A stretch of DNA of 63,171 nucleotides from Basidiobolus meristosporus CBS 931.73. Its lineage: Eukaryota; Fungi; Basidiobolomycota. Below are positions 36,975 to 49,942 of the stretch, piece by piece; the stretch's first letter is position 1, and every line of letters begins with the position of its first letter. Both the position numbers and the translations under genes were made by a program. Where the stretch lies: positions 1-63,171 of the forward strand of contig MCFE01000518.1 in the NCBI GenBank assembly GCA_002104905.1. Direction: 5' to 3'. The notes beneath the pieces are model-generated. The model was not told the DNA's origin. It did not search any database and worked only from the letters and a program-made list of their open reading frames with translations.

Positions 36975-38450
36975 TAATCCCGCATGCTCTCTCTCAACTT
37001 AGGGAGCAGCTTGGCTGCTGCAAAAATCCTCTAATTCCCCCACCAAACCACCGATTTGCATCTTGTTATCATTGGATCTATATACCACTCAGTAATTTTT
37101 GTACAGCTTGATTGTTCCTGACTGAAGCTAATAAAGTATCTTCTCAGATCCCCTGTTGTTGATCACTCTTATTGACGTGGCGTTATGGCCCAAACCAATC
37201 CTTCTACGACCGCCCGGAATACTCAGCCAGTTGACGAAGTCCCATCAGTCGTGGAAGCGGTGTTCTTTCACTCGGCCCACACGAGATGCCTCTGGAAATT
37301 GGAGTGCGCTTGAGCGTCCAAGTTTGTCAATATTCCCTTCCTGCCGATACCTGGCGGCAATCGCTATTTCTTAATCTTGCATTGCCAAACGATGCTAGGC
37401 AGCCATAAATGCAGTGCCCCTAACTTTGAGATGTCCCGGATACATCGCGCAACGTTTCTTTCTTGTCGGAACCGAAATATAGGGAAATAAGACGAGATCC
37501 ACAGATATGCGTGGAGTGCCAACCAATGATTCACTCCAGCTTACCTCAATTTTAGAGCCTAGTGACCCGTTTCTCTGGGGGTGGGCATGCAATGCCTGGT
37601 AACGAGGCTATATGAAGCTTGGAATTGAATAGGGATGTCCACTGAGACCCTATGCGCCATACCAAATGGTTCGGACATTGCATAGTATGTGTCTCAATTT
37701 AAGTGATAACTTCCATCTCGTCACCATTGCTTCTTTTGATGAAGTATCTTAGCAATGATTAGTGACTCCTGGTGGTACACCTATATACATATGCATTAAT
37801 AAAGTCAAAGTCATCTGGGGTATCAAGGCTGTCTGATATTCTTAGAAGTTTGGATGTAACATGGCCCAGCAGGCACAGGCCAAGCAAGGTTTAATAAAAC
37901 AGTACGCCTTGAAGCAGGCCCAATGGAGTGGGGCATTGAACACTTGTTGGCTTACATTTTGACTGATTTCTGAGCAGTTTTGTGGCATATGCTCTGCAAC
38001 CAAATATTCTTGAGCACTTTGCATGTGGTCCATATTCTTACCATCCCTCACATGGAGTAGAACTACAAAGTATTTTGCTATAGCTCCTATCTTTAAAATA
38101 TACTGCTGTAGTAATTGATTGCACCCAAAAATCATAGGAACATATTTGTTCATAGATTTTACTTCTTTCCATATCAGTTGTTGATCTGTGTGCATGTTCT
38201 GACACTCCATTTTGCTCTTGGAAGCATGATCCAGTAGTCCCATCTTTATCCCATGACTTTTGCAGAAGTGGATGAAGAGTCTTGAGGTATGTTTGCCTCC
38301 ATTGCCAGAGTGTATTTTCTTGATTTCTTCACCAGTTTCTCTCTCAGCATGAATTTAAACTCTGTGAACTTAAACAGGGCATCTTCCTTTTTCCCCATGA
38401 AGTGGACTCACATGTGTCATATAGAATCATTAATAATTATGATTAATTAC

Positions 38451-38799
38451 TGTTGTAAAAATTTGTATTTCCACCTAAATATTCACCTAACTTAGTCACT
38501 TGGATCATCACCTTCAAATCCTAGAGAATACTGACCAAATTCCTTGTTGGGATTTACTTAGAATATTTTCACCAAAATACCAGGTACCCAGAACATGAAA
38601 ATTCTCAAAGTTGTCCAAACAGCCCCAAACTTTGCACACATGTTCTTGAGACCTTCCTTAGCCTATTCTACATGTTTGTAAAGCCAAGACCAGGTAAAAG
38701 TATAAATACTACTCCTACATTTGATAAATCATTAAGTGAAAACCACATAATCTACTTGCTCTCCAAATCACTTCCAATATCTCCAAGTCTCTTACAACA
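38451..38799 (+). mobile_element. Copia solo LTR
   Basis: Full LTR TGTTGTAA...TTACAACA flanked by a 5-bp TSD ATTAC (38446-38450 and 38800-38804). Confidence 0.93.
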
Positions 38800-38804
38800 A
38801 TTAC

Positions 38805-40984
38805 TACATATCACACAAGGATATATCTTGCACAGGTCCATGCAGACCTCTATATATTAGATCAAATATTTACTGAGTTTTGATTAGCCCAGACCTAAAG
38901 AATGCTTTTCTGACTTTTTTTGCATATACTCAGGCCTCCCAGTGCTTCAAACTAGATGGAGGATCAATTTCACTGCTGAAATTAGCTGATTTACTATTAT
39001 TTTGCTCCAAAAATAAAAATTAATATGTCCAATTCTCATAGACCATATTGCTTGCGTGTTTTCATTTCAGTTAGATATTTTGGTTTCAAGATATGATGAA
39101 ATATAAGTTAAGCTGTACAGATTCTGATCTCTAATACCAAAAGCAATATAGGCATCATTTTAATCAGTGATCCTATGTCCAGAGCTATCAAAACTGAAGC
39201 TAAGTCCTTCTGCTCTAGCTTTGCTTATAGATGGTGATTTAAGAATGTGTAATTTATCCCAAAGATTCACTAAATGTGGTAATTTAGATTCTCACCTAAA
39301 ATCATAGAGTACTTTGACAAAACTTCATGTAGGATTTTACTTGGAATACATTTAGCAAACATCAGTTACTGAGAGCACAGAGTCTCTCAAAGTTGGCCAA
39401 ACAGCTCCAAGCTTTGCACACATGTTATTGGGACCTTCCCAAACATACTCTACATATTTGCTCTGCCAAGACCATATAAAGGAATAAGTATCACCTTTAA
39501 GTTCAGTAACTCATCAAGTAAAAACAACATAATCTGCATGTTTCCCAGTCACTTACAACATCACCAATGCTCTGATAAGAGATAATAGGCTTCTGACAGT
39601 TTCTGGTACAAACAGTGCTGCTTTGAAGGTCAGTGTGTTGCTTCTGTCACTGCTTCTGAGGTCTACTAGGATAGTTCCCTGTCTAACTGCATCAAGTGTT
39701 GTGTTGGCACCATAAAAACTTTGTTGATTGGAATTTCTTACTACCAAGTAAAAAGTTGTGTTTAACATGGAAAATGTTGAGATGTTCCAGAGTCAGTATA
39801 TCACATCTGAGAGCCCCTTTTTGTGGTTAATTCAGTGCAGATATAAAGTTGTTGCCACATTTCTATATTTTTCTGCTCACTTTCTCTGTTTCTAAAGGTC
39901 TAGTCATACATGTATCCTTTCCATTTGCAGTAGCTGCAAAACAGGTTGCTGTTACCATTATGTGGAATTGAGCACCTCCATTGGTGGCTATCATTGCTTA
40001 TTAATGAATTTTCTTCTACTTTCTTGTTAACACTTTGTTTTCTTAATTGCTGATCCAGGAGTCATCCATATACAAAATTTAATGTCCAATCTTCAGTTTT
40101 GAGCTCCATGCCTGATTCAAGGACCCAAAACCTGTCTTTCAAGCTATTCTGGAGGGCAACTGTAACCTCTTCATTAGTAGCTTGTAGGCCCCACAGACTC
40201 CAAATTGTTTACCTGCACATTAATTCTGTCAATTGGGCATTTTGTAGCATCTCTTGGGAGCATTTATGAGGTAAAGAGTTCTTGTCCAAGTTACATTATT
40301 TCAGCAGCTGAACATGACTGGTTGGTGTCATCTAATGCCTTATATGTATTCTTTGCATTTTTGCTCTTGAGCATTCAATTAGCTATTTATCTTCAATATT
40401 AAGTAAATGTATTTGAAGGCACTCTGTTCTATCCTCTAGTACTTTGAGGCCTCCTCTCCTACATTTTTGAAGGTAATCTTTATCCCATGAAAATATCACA
40501 AAAGCCACTCTCCTATAGCAGAAACTTCATCTTCACCTTCTACACTTGGTAGCTGGATCCATCCAACTTTTCAGCAGAGGGAAGAGTAACAGTAGTGCAG
40601 TAGTGGATATTGTAGAGAGCAACAGCTTGGAGCACATAACCTGTTGTTAGAGTCTTGGAGATATTGGAAGTGAATGGGAGAAGTAGATTATGTGGTTGGC
40701 ACTTAATGATTTATGAAATGTAAAAGTGGTATTAATACTTTTACATGGTCTATATATAGCAAGCAGATAGAGTATGTTTAGGAAGGGCCCAAGAGCGTGT
40801 GCTCATGGCTTGGTGCTGTTTGGACAACTTTGGGAATTTTCATGTATTGGATACCTGATATTTTTGGTGAAGCTATTCCAAATAATTCCCTACAAGGAAT
40901 TTGGCCAATATTTTTGATGATTTGCAGGCAATGTTCCAACTATGATGGGTGAATATTAAAGTGAGATTACAAATCATTAAAACA
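38805..40984 (-). mobile_element. Old degenerate Copia 5' half (LTR 40642-40984, PBS, gag, protease), with a diverged LTR inserted at about 39235-39560
   Basis: The reverse complement of 40642 onward matches the LTR. The translation DAVRQGTILVDLRSS..TLTFKAALFVPE matches the Copia A protease region. Confidence 0.75.
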
Positions 40985-41246
40985 TTCTTAGCATACTTCT
41001 GGAACCCCCTAAACTACTCTACATACTTATTTTGTTAAGATCATGTAAGAATACAAGAACTACTTTTATATTTACTAAATTTTCCAAAAACCACAAAATC
41101 TACATGATCCACCAGTCACTTTGAGCATCTCTAAAACTCTTACAACATTGATATCTTGTTTTATTTGTCAAACTGATAGAACCCAGGATATTTAATGCTA
41201 TATTTGTGAGAACTTGGTATTCTGCTAGCTATTTTTAATTCAAACA

Positions 41247-43334
41247 ATCACCAAGAGCCTGGAACTGCAAGATAGATTCTTATTTGGAATCTTTGAGTTT
41301 TAAAAAGAGTAATGCCGACTATAGTATATACTATAAGCCAGATAGAGCAAATCCAGTTCTATTAGCTCTATATGTGGATGATCTTATTATAGCCGCCAAT
41401 AACCTGGAAACATTGGAAGAGACTAAATCCAGCCTATCTAAGGAGTTCAAGATGTCCAATCTAGGAGAACTTAGTTACTACTTAGGGATTAAGTTCTCCA
41501 TAGACAGAAGTACCCAGACTATTACCCTAAGCCAATCCAAGTATATTCAAGATATACTAAAGAAGTACAAAATGGAAGACTGTAAACCGGCAGCTACCCC
41601 AATGGAGACAAACCTTAACTTAGTCAAAACTCAACAAAATCAAGAGAGCTTGGTGCCATCTGAAAGCCCTGACTTTCCTTATCAATCTATGGTCGGCAGT
41701 CTGATGTATATCATGCTTGGAACACGTCCAGATATCTCATATTCAGTGGGAGTTGTCAGCCAACATAATCAGAACTATGGATCTGATCATATTGCAGCAG
41801 TTAAGCGGATTTTTAGATACCTAAAAGAAACTGCTGATATCTGCTTAAGATACACTTATAAGGATTCAGAACAGGACCTTGTGGGATACTCTGATGCTGA
41901 TTGGGGACAAAATTTGGAAGACAGAAGATCCACCACAGGATATACCTTTCTTTATTGTAAAGGAGCAATTTCATGAAATTCAAGAAAGCAACCAACCGTA
42001 GCACTTTCTACTACAGAGGCAGAGTATATGGCAGCCTGTGAAGCTACAAAAGAAGCAATGTGGTTAAGAAAACTTCTTACAGATTTAGGCCTATGTCAAA
42101 AAACACCTATTGCTTTATTTCAAGATAATCAAGGATGTATACAATTAGGTAGAGATCCAACTTTTCATGCTAGAACCAAGCACATAGATATTAGACATCA
42201 TTTCATACATGAAGCTATAGAGAATAACTTAGTTAGCTTAGTTTACTGTTGTACAGATGAAATGATTGCAGACATATTTACCTAACCATTAGCTAGAGAC
42301 AAGTTTGAATAACTTAGGTCAAAATTAGGACTAGTCAGTATGAACATTTAGCTGAGTGGGAGTGTTGTAAAAATTCGTATTTCCACCTAAATACTCACCT
42401 AACTTAGTCACTTAGATCATCACCTTCAAATCCTAGAGAATACTGACTAAATTCCTTGTCGGGATTTACTTAGAATATTTTCACCAAAATGCCAGGTACC
42501 CAGAATATGAAAATTCTCAAAGTTGTCCAAACAGCCCCAAACTTTGCACACATGTTCTTGGGACCTTCCATAGCCTATTCTACGTGTTTGTAATGCCAAG
42601 ACCAGGTAAAAGTATAAATACTACTTTTACATTCAATAAATCATTAAGTGAAAACCACATAATCTACTTGTTCTCCAAATCACTTCCAATATCTCCAAGA
42701 CTCTTACAACAGGCCTATGTCAAAAAATGCCTATTACTTGATTTCAAGAGAATCATGGATGTATACAATTAGGTAGAAATACAACTCTTCATACTAGAAC
42801 TAAGCACATAGATATTGGACAGCATTTCATACATGAAGCTATAGAGAATAACTTAGTTAGCTTAGCTTACTGTCCTTCAGATGAAATGATTGCAGACATA
42901 TCTACCAAACTATTAGCTAGAGACAAGTTTGAATATCTTAGGTCAAAATTAGGACTAGTCTGTATGAACATATAGCTGAGTGGGAGTGTTGTAAAAATAT
43001 GTAAATCCATCTAAATATTCACCTAACTTTGTCACTTAGATCTTTATCTTCCAATCCTAGAGAATACTGACCAAATTCCTAGTTGGGATTTACTTAGAAT
43101 ATTTTCACCAAAATAACAGATACCCAGAACATGATAATTCTCAGTTGACCAAACAGCCCCTAACTTTGCGCACATGTTTTTGGGGCCTTCCTTAACCTAT
43201 TCTATATGTCTATTATGCCAAGGCCATGTAAAAGTATACAAACTACTCTTACATTCAATAAATCATTATGTGAAAACCACATAATCTACTGGTCCTCCCA
43301 AATCACTTCCAATATCTCCAAGACTCTTACAACA
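41247..43334 (+). mobile_element. Copia 3' fragment (RT-RNase H-PPT-LTR 42363-42711) followed by a tandem second RH-end/PPT/LTR (42712-43334)
   Basis: ORFs 41284-41976 and 42028-42285. LTRs 42363-42711 and 42987-43334 are each preceded by GAGTGGGAG. Further partial LTRs lie at about 41010-41148 and 43625-43851. Confidence 0.9.
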
Positions 43335-45780
43335 TGAACAACTGTATGAATAGAAAACTTTAATGCTGCAGACATTATTATGCCACATTATGGCCATCAG
43401 ACTTGTCCTAGCATTATCCCCCAAACCAAAAGCTTAGAAATTCATGCAGAGATTCTTGTTACCTGTTGACAGGTTTTGTAACACTTTGTATCATTATCAA
43501 ATATAACAGAATGCAGTATGACAGCATTTATTGAATGTATTGTAGCTTGATGTTGTAAGCTTTAGCCCCTAGGCACATAAGCTGCTTATATATTTGTGCT
43601 GCCTGGTCCAATACCTTAAGATTCACTTAGAATATTTACCCAGAACATGAAAATTAGATAAGATATCCAAACAGCCCCAAGCTTTGCACACATATTCTCA
43701 GGACCTTCCTAAACCTCTTCTACATGATTGTTATGCCAAGACCATGTAAAAGTATAAATACTACTTTTACATTCAATAAATCATTAAGTGAAAACCACAT
43801 AATCAACTTGTCCTCCCAATCACTTCCAGTATCTCCAAGACTCTTACAACATATTAATAGCAGGTATTAGCAAACATGAAAGATATAGCTGAAATGTATC
43901 TACATATTATTATTATTAAGTAATATTTGCCACACACTCTAAGCAACAAATAGCCTGACAAGTTAATACCTTTTGCTTGATTTTTCATAGAGTTGATTGT
44001 GTCTGAGCAAATTACTATAAATATGTATTGAAGATGCATATCAGTCATAGTTTTCATTACTTTGAGTTTTGTCAATAGGCTCAGTATATTACTCACTTTG
44101 ATCTACACAGTATTCAACACACTGGTTCTCCTCTACTGGCTCTGAGTATTGAATAACCTGAACTGGCTGCATAGAGATATATGGATGGGAAGTGTTATCC
44201 TCTGAGTTCACAATCCCCTACTGCCTGGCAGACACTGAGGCTCCCGGTGGGCCTTCTCATTTACTGCTGGGGCCTGCATGCTACTTGGCATTGAATCATT
44301 TTCCACCATCAGCATAAGTGGTATTGAAGTAGTCATGCTTTTATATGGCCGGGGGAGCACCTGTTTCATCAGTGGGACTTTGGCCACTGGAGCGAATGGA
44401 AGTACAAAAGCTCCCACTTTAGGAAAGCACGGTGTTACTTGCTGCCTGCACGGTACTCGGCGAAGATGAATTTTCTTGAAAGGTGGAGGGTATGGTAAAG
44501 TGTAGCCGGAAAGAACCGCAGTGAAGACCATCAGAGTAATCAAGCATAAGATAAGTAGTCCGATCTGTTTTTAAAAATCACGTAAGATAAAAGTAATCCG
44601 ACCAGTACTCGATTGATGTACCAATTGAGAATTGCTACCATTCATCCAAGATCTCTGCCCTGAAATTTTCTTCTATTCGGGTATCAGCTGGTTCTTCTTC
44701 CATTGCCATTTCTGAATCCCATTCTTTTATTCACATACTCTAAGCCAAGCCAGGCTCTACAGCTGATAAGGGGTGCACAGGGTTGGGTACTATGTTCCTG
44801 CATGTCTTTTGCACAATAGTAGAGTAGCGAGGCCCAAGTTTTTCCTGACCGCCAAACTACACTTCGGTGTTTCTTATCCCTATGTAAAGGATATCCACAC
44901 TAGAATATCTAAAATGAGATGGCCACTAATATTGCTCTGTAGATATGGAGACGCTTACCATCATCAAAGTTGATAATCGCAAGTTCTAGGTGGCAACAAA
45001 ATACATGGAGGTATGCCACTTTCAATACTAAGCCTTAAATCCGGCAAACATTAGGTATGGCCGGTATCAAATTACTCTAATTAGATTCACACTTAATCGT
45101 CGTGGTTTTGTTGCGTATTTTTAACGCCAAGTACCGATAACAAGTTAAGAAAGTTACGTTTTTGATATTTCCGTGGTAGAAAGTAGAGTATCGGGATGGT
45201 ATTCCAAGAGTTGTGGCGGAAAAGTGTGATCCAATTGATCGCCCAATAAGAGTTTTTAAATCATGGAGGTATATTTATTAACCCGGATGCTGATCTAACT
45301 CTAGTATGCAAATAATTCTATTATGAGTAGACTAGCCTTTTACAGTAGTAGACTCCCACCGCCTCCTGGTGTAGTCGATGTATTTATAAATTCATCGGAT
45401 TACTCCATGTATTGATCAACAAAACAATGCCATTCCGTGGCTATCTCGATTTCTGATGCTACTTACTGAGGTACAAGATTCACGATCTTTGGGTTGTAAA
45501 GGCCCGTAAAACAGGGAAAATATACTGGCATTGCGCTGAGGCCTGATAGCATCTTTGATAACTAATGTGATTATAGCGATGACACTGATTCATAGCAACA
45601 ACCACGATTGGCTTTGGAAAGAAATTGGTTTATCTGCCATCGATTTAGATATCTGAAAGTAGTCTACCATGCGGAAGATAATGCAGTCTTGGTATTTCTA
45701 TTTACCGGGCACTATACCCGGCCCACTGGGTTCTCGAGCAAAATGTGCCACATACATTACAAACTACCTCCCATCTAGAT

Positions 45781-48700
45781 ACACCTATTCAAAGCCACGT
45801 TTGGGCCACGAGGGACAGCTGAGCTTGTGTTCAAAATCATTCAGCAATTTAACCAAAATTGGCGCTTATCTTCCAGATACAACCTGCGGGTAAAATGTGG
45901 AGGTCTCGTTGACCATTGTCATTCCGGGCAAAGTATTGAGAAGGACCACAAGAGGTCGCTTTCAGTGAGTATAAAAAACGCTGTGTGCGTGTTGGTCATC
46001 TTCACACAATGCTATCCAAAAGCTTCTGCCTTCTGTTCCTCGGTGCTGCCGCTGCCTTCCCTTGGAGTGATCCAAGCTCCAACTCAGCTGCTGATGCGTA
46101 CAAGGCAATTGACAGCGATACCCTGGCTATGCTGAAGACCTCGGCCAGATATTCGGCTGTTGCCTACTGCACTGAAGATCAGATCATGAATTGGTCGTGT
46201 GGACATCGCTGCACTGGCAGCCTCAATGTAACCACCTACTTCCAGAACAGCACCACCGAGATGGCCGGCTATATCGGATACAATGAGCAAGACAAGCAGA
46301 TTGTTGTCAGCTACAGAGGGTAGGTTTTCCTGAACCAATCAGTTACTGAACATGAAAGATCTAATAATTTGAATCAGCACTTCTAACCTAGAAAACTGGA
46401 TCCTGGATTTCGACTTCATCCCCAAGTCCTTTGTGTACCCTAAGGAGTACCCCAATACCAGGGTGCATCGCGGGTTCTATGAAGCTGCCAACAGTGTCTC
46501 AGCGCAAGTCAAGACCGGCTTGGCCAAGACTCTTTCGATCATCGGAAGCAAATCGTCCGATTACGAGCTTCTTGTTACCGGTCACTCCTTGGGAGCTGCC
46601 GCGGCTACACTCGCCGCTCTGGATATCAAGCAGATCTACCTCAATCCTGAGCACGAGGACTCGTTTGAGCCGGAACTGCTGAGTGTGGTGGACGTCAGTA
46701 GAATCCGGTTGCACAACTATGGCTCACCCAGAGTTGGAGATGAGGCGTTTGCCAAGCTAGCCTACTCTACCATCACCAACGGCGAGGAGGACTACCAGAA
46801 GCTCTGTCGGGTAACAAACCAGAACGACATTGTCCCTAGAGTCCCACCCGAGGCATTTGGCTATCTCCACACCCCTCACGAAATCTGGATCAACTATGAT
46901 GAGGTCACTGTTGATTGCCACGATATAGTCAATGGAACATTCATTGAGGATAAGCACTGCAATGCTGGACAATTCCCCATGAGTATTCTTGCTCATATTA
47001 AATACTGGGATGTCCAATTTGGGCCAGGGTGTGGTTCTGAGCTATATAAGCTTATCTAATGGCTTTTCCATTCTCTTGAAAGAAATTAGTATGTCAAATA
47101 TACTACTCAACTTGATCGAGCTTAGAATAAATTTCTCATCGCTATAGAAGTCCTGCGTTTTGTATTCTAGCCGGCTTATGCAAACAGTTTCTCCTAGTAT
47201 TTTGCCAAGATGGTGAAGCTTGTTTGGTGTATCATTTTTTTTACTATCGATGTGACCGCAATAATCCCTTCTTAGGATATTGGAAGAACAAGTTGCAGTA
47301 TTTGGTTCTACCATTAAATCGTTTTTCTACTCTGATTGACACGGAAAGCGATTAAACAAATTATACTGAAGACGCTGCAAGGAGGCACCTAAGAAAGTGT
47401 TATATCTAAATGAGAAGCAGTTAGGCCTTCTATATAATCAGTCCAAATACACTCAGGTCTTTCATAAGCTCTGTCATGTGGTATATTGTACTACTTTGAT
47501 GCATAGTGAGAAAACGGGAGCTGGATCCGAAATATACATTATTGATGTCCTTTGCATTACGATTATGCAACAGGTCTCCAAAACTATAGTAGAAATCAGA
47601 ATATTTGTCATTTCGTATTTGTTGACCTCAGATTCTTCAGTGTTGCTTATCAAGTAAATATACAGGATTGGAAAACAGTCTAATTTTTTATAGTAACAAC
47701 GCCATGCTGCATTGCCCTATGAAATGGCTTTAGTAATGGTGGAAGCATTTACTAACCTGAATCAAGATCTGTAAGAATTTCCAATCTAAATGATCTACCT
47801 GTTATCAACACCGATACATCTAATCCAACCAATTTAGCCTTTTCGAGCAGCAGTGTTGCTTGGCTCCAAGGCCAGCGTCATCAAGAGTAACGTGTCCGTA
47901 TGTGTTGTATCTGCCCGAATTCATTTGGAATTCCCAAGTTTGCATGCGCGAAAATCTACGTTGAAATTATTGGCTTTCATACGAACCAATGGATATGTAT
48001 TTTGGTAGCAATTATATTGTGCCCAAAAGACCATGACTGTAAGCTCTCTAGGTTGTGTTGTGAAAGACTAAACTTTCATGAATCCTTTTCCGAATTTCAG
48101 AAAAAACATGCAACTAAGAGCAGCTGACAATGTTATCATCAGTCCAGCTACTGCCAGTACTATCATCCAAAGTATTTGCGTAGATCATGGACGTCGATTG
48201 TGAAAGCTGTACAGGCCGTTCTCAATGTTAGCGATAAGACCAGTTCTTCGCTTAAGACCTTACTCAGCCTTGTTGGGTAAAGCATCCCACAAACCATTAG
48301 TCTTGCCATAGTATCGCCATATCTTGATGACCCCACTTTGAGTACCATACACTAGTGTGTCTCATTTGTCAATGTAAATCAAGTACTCTTACATTGCAGG
48401 TACCAGAAAAGACTTTAAGGAAGTTATATTGGTGTCACTGTTCAATAATGCAAATTTCAGGAGAGCATTTACTGATGCCAGGAATAACACTTTAGAGTAC
48501 GGAAGCAATTTGCTCTCCGCGTCTCATTCCAAAGAGATGCTTCTTTGGTAAGCCCTCCATGGAGAAGATAGTACAGCTTAGGAAGTTCATATAGACCATA
48601 AGTCATAACACCATAGTTACCGAGCAGGATGTATAATCTTACCAATAACTAACATCCTATCTATGTACACTTGTTCAAAGCCACGTTTGGGCCACGATGG

Positions 48701-49921
48701 ACAGCTGAGCTTGTGTTCAAAATCATTCAGCAATTTAACCAAAATTGGCGCTTATCTTCCAGATACAACCTGCGGGTAAAATGTGGAGGTCTCGTTGACC
48801 GTTGTCATTCCGGGCAAAGTATTGAGAAGGACCACAAGAGGTCGCTTTCAGTGAGTATAAAAAACGTTGTGTGCGTGTTGGTCATCTTCACACAATGCTA
48901 TCCAAAAGCTTCTGCCTTCTGTTCCTCGGTGCTGCCGCTGCCTTCCCTTGGAGTGATCCAAGCTCCAACTCAGCTGCTGATGCGTACAAGGCAATTGACA
49001 GCGATACCCTGGCTATGCTGAAGGCCTCGGCCAGATATGCCTCTGTTGCCTACTGCCAGGAAGACAAGATCATGGATTGGTCGTGTGGACATCGCTGCAC
49101 TGGCAGCCTCAATGTAACCACCTACTTCCAGAACAGCACCACCGAGATGGCCGGCTATATCGGATACAATGAGCAAGACAAGCAGGTCGTTGTCAGCTAC
49201 AGAGGGTAGGTTTTCCTGAACCAATCAGTTACTGAACATGAACGATCTAACAATTTGAATCAGCACTGCTAACCTAGAAAACTGGATCCTGGATTTCGAC
49301 TTCATCCCCAAGTCCTTTGTGTACCCTAAGGAGTACCCCAATACCAGGGTGCATCGCGGGTTCTATGAAGCTGCCAACAGTGTCTCAGCGCAAGTCAAGG
49401 CCGGCTTGGCCAAGACTCTTTCGATCATCGGAAGCAAATCGTCCGATTACGAGCTTCTTGTTACCGGCCACTCCTTGGGAGCTGCCGTGGCTACACTCGG
49501 TGCCCTAGACATCAAGCAGATCTACCTCAATCCTGAGCACGAGGACTCGTTTGAGCCGGAACTGCTGAGTGTGGTGGACGTCAGTAGAATCCGGTTGCAC
49601 AACTATGGCTCACCCAGAGTTGGAGATGAGGCATTTGCCAAGCTAGCCTACTCTACCATCACCAACGGCGAGGAGGACTACCAGAAGCTCTGTCGGGTAA
49701 CAAACCAGAACGACATTGTCCCTAGAGTCCCACCCGAGGCATTTGGCTATCTCCACACCCCTCACGAAATCTGGATCAACTATGATGAGGTCACTGTTGA
49801 TTGCCACGATATAGTCAATGGAACATTCATTGAGGATAAGCACTGCAATGCTGGACAGTTCCCCATGAGCCCCGCTGCACATGTCAAATACTGGGACATT
49901 CATTTTGGCCCCGGATGCGAT
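45781..49921 (+). repeat. Direct duplication of a 1.25-kb lipase unit (about 45781-47035 and 48667-49921; offset 2886 bp)
   Basis: Promoter, exons and intron are near-identical between the copies; the intervening DNA is unique. Confidence 0.95.
46009..47059 (+). CDS. Secreted class-3 triacylglycerol lipase (Rhizomucor/Rhizopus type), copy 1
   Basis: Signal peptide; intron 46320-46377, whose splicing gives YRGTSNLENWILDF; GHSLG nucleophile; NDIVPRVP Asp; AHIKY His. TATAAAAA lies about 40 bp upstream. Confidence 0.95.
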
Positions 49922-49942
49922 AAGCTGCTTTATTTCCTTTAG
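48895..49942 (+). CDS. Secreted class-3 lipase, copy 2
   Basis: Same structure as copy 1: intron 49206-49263; motifs GHSLG, NDIVPRVP and AHVKY. Confidence 0.95.
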
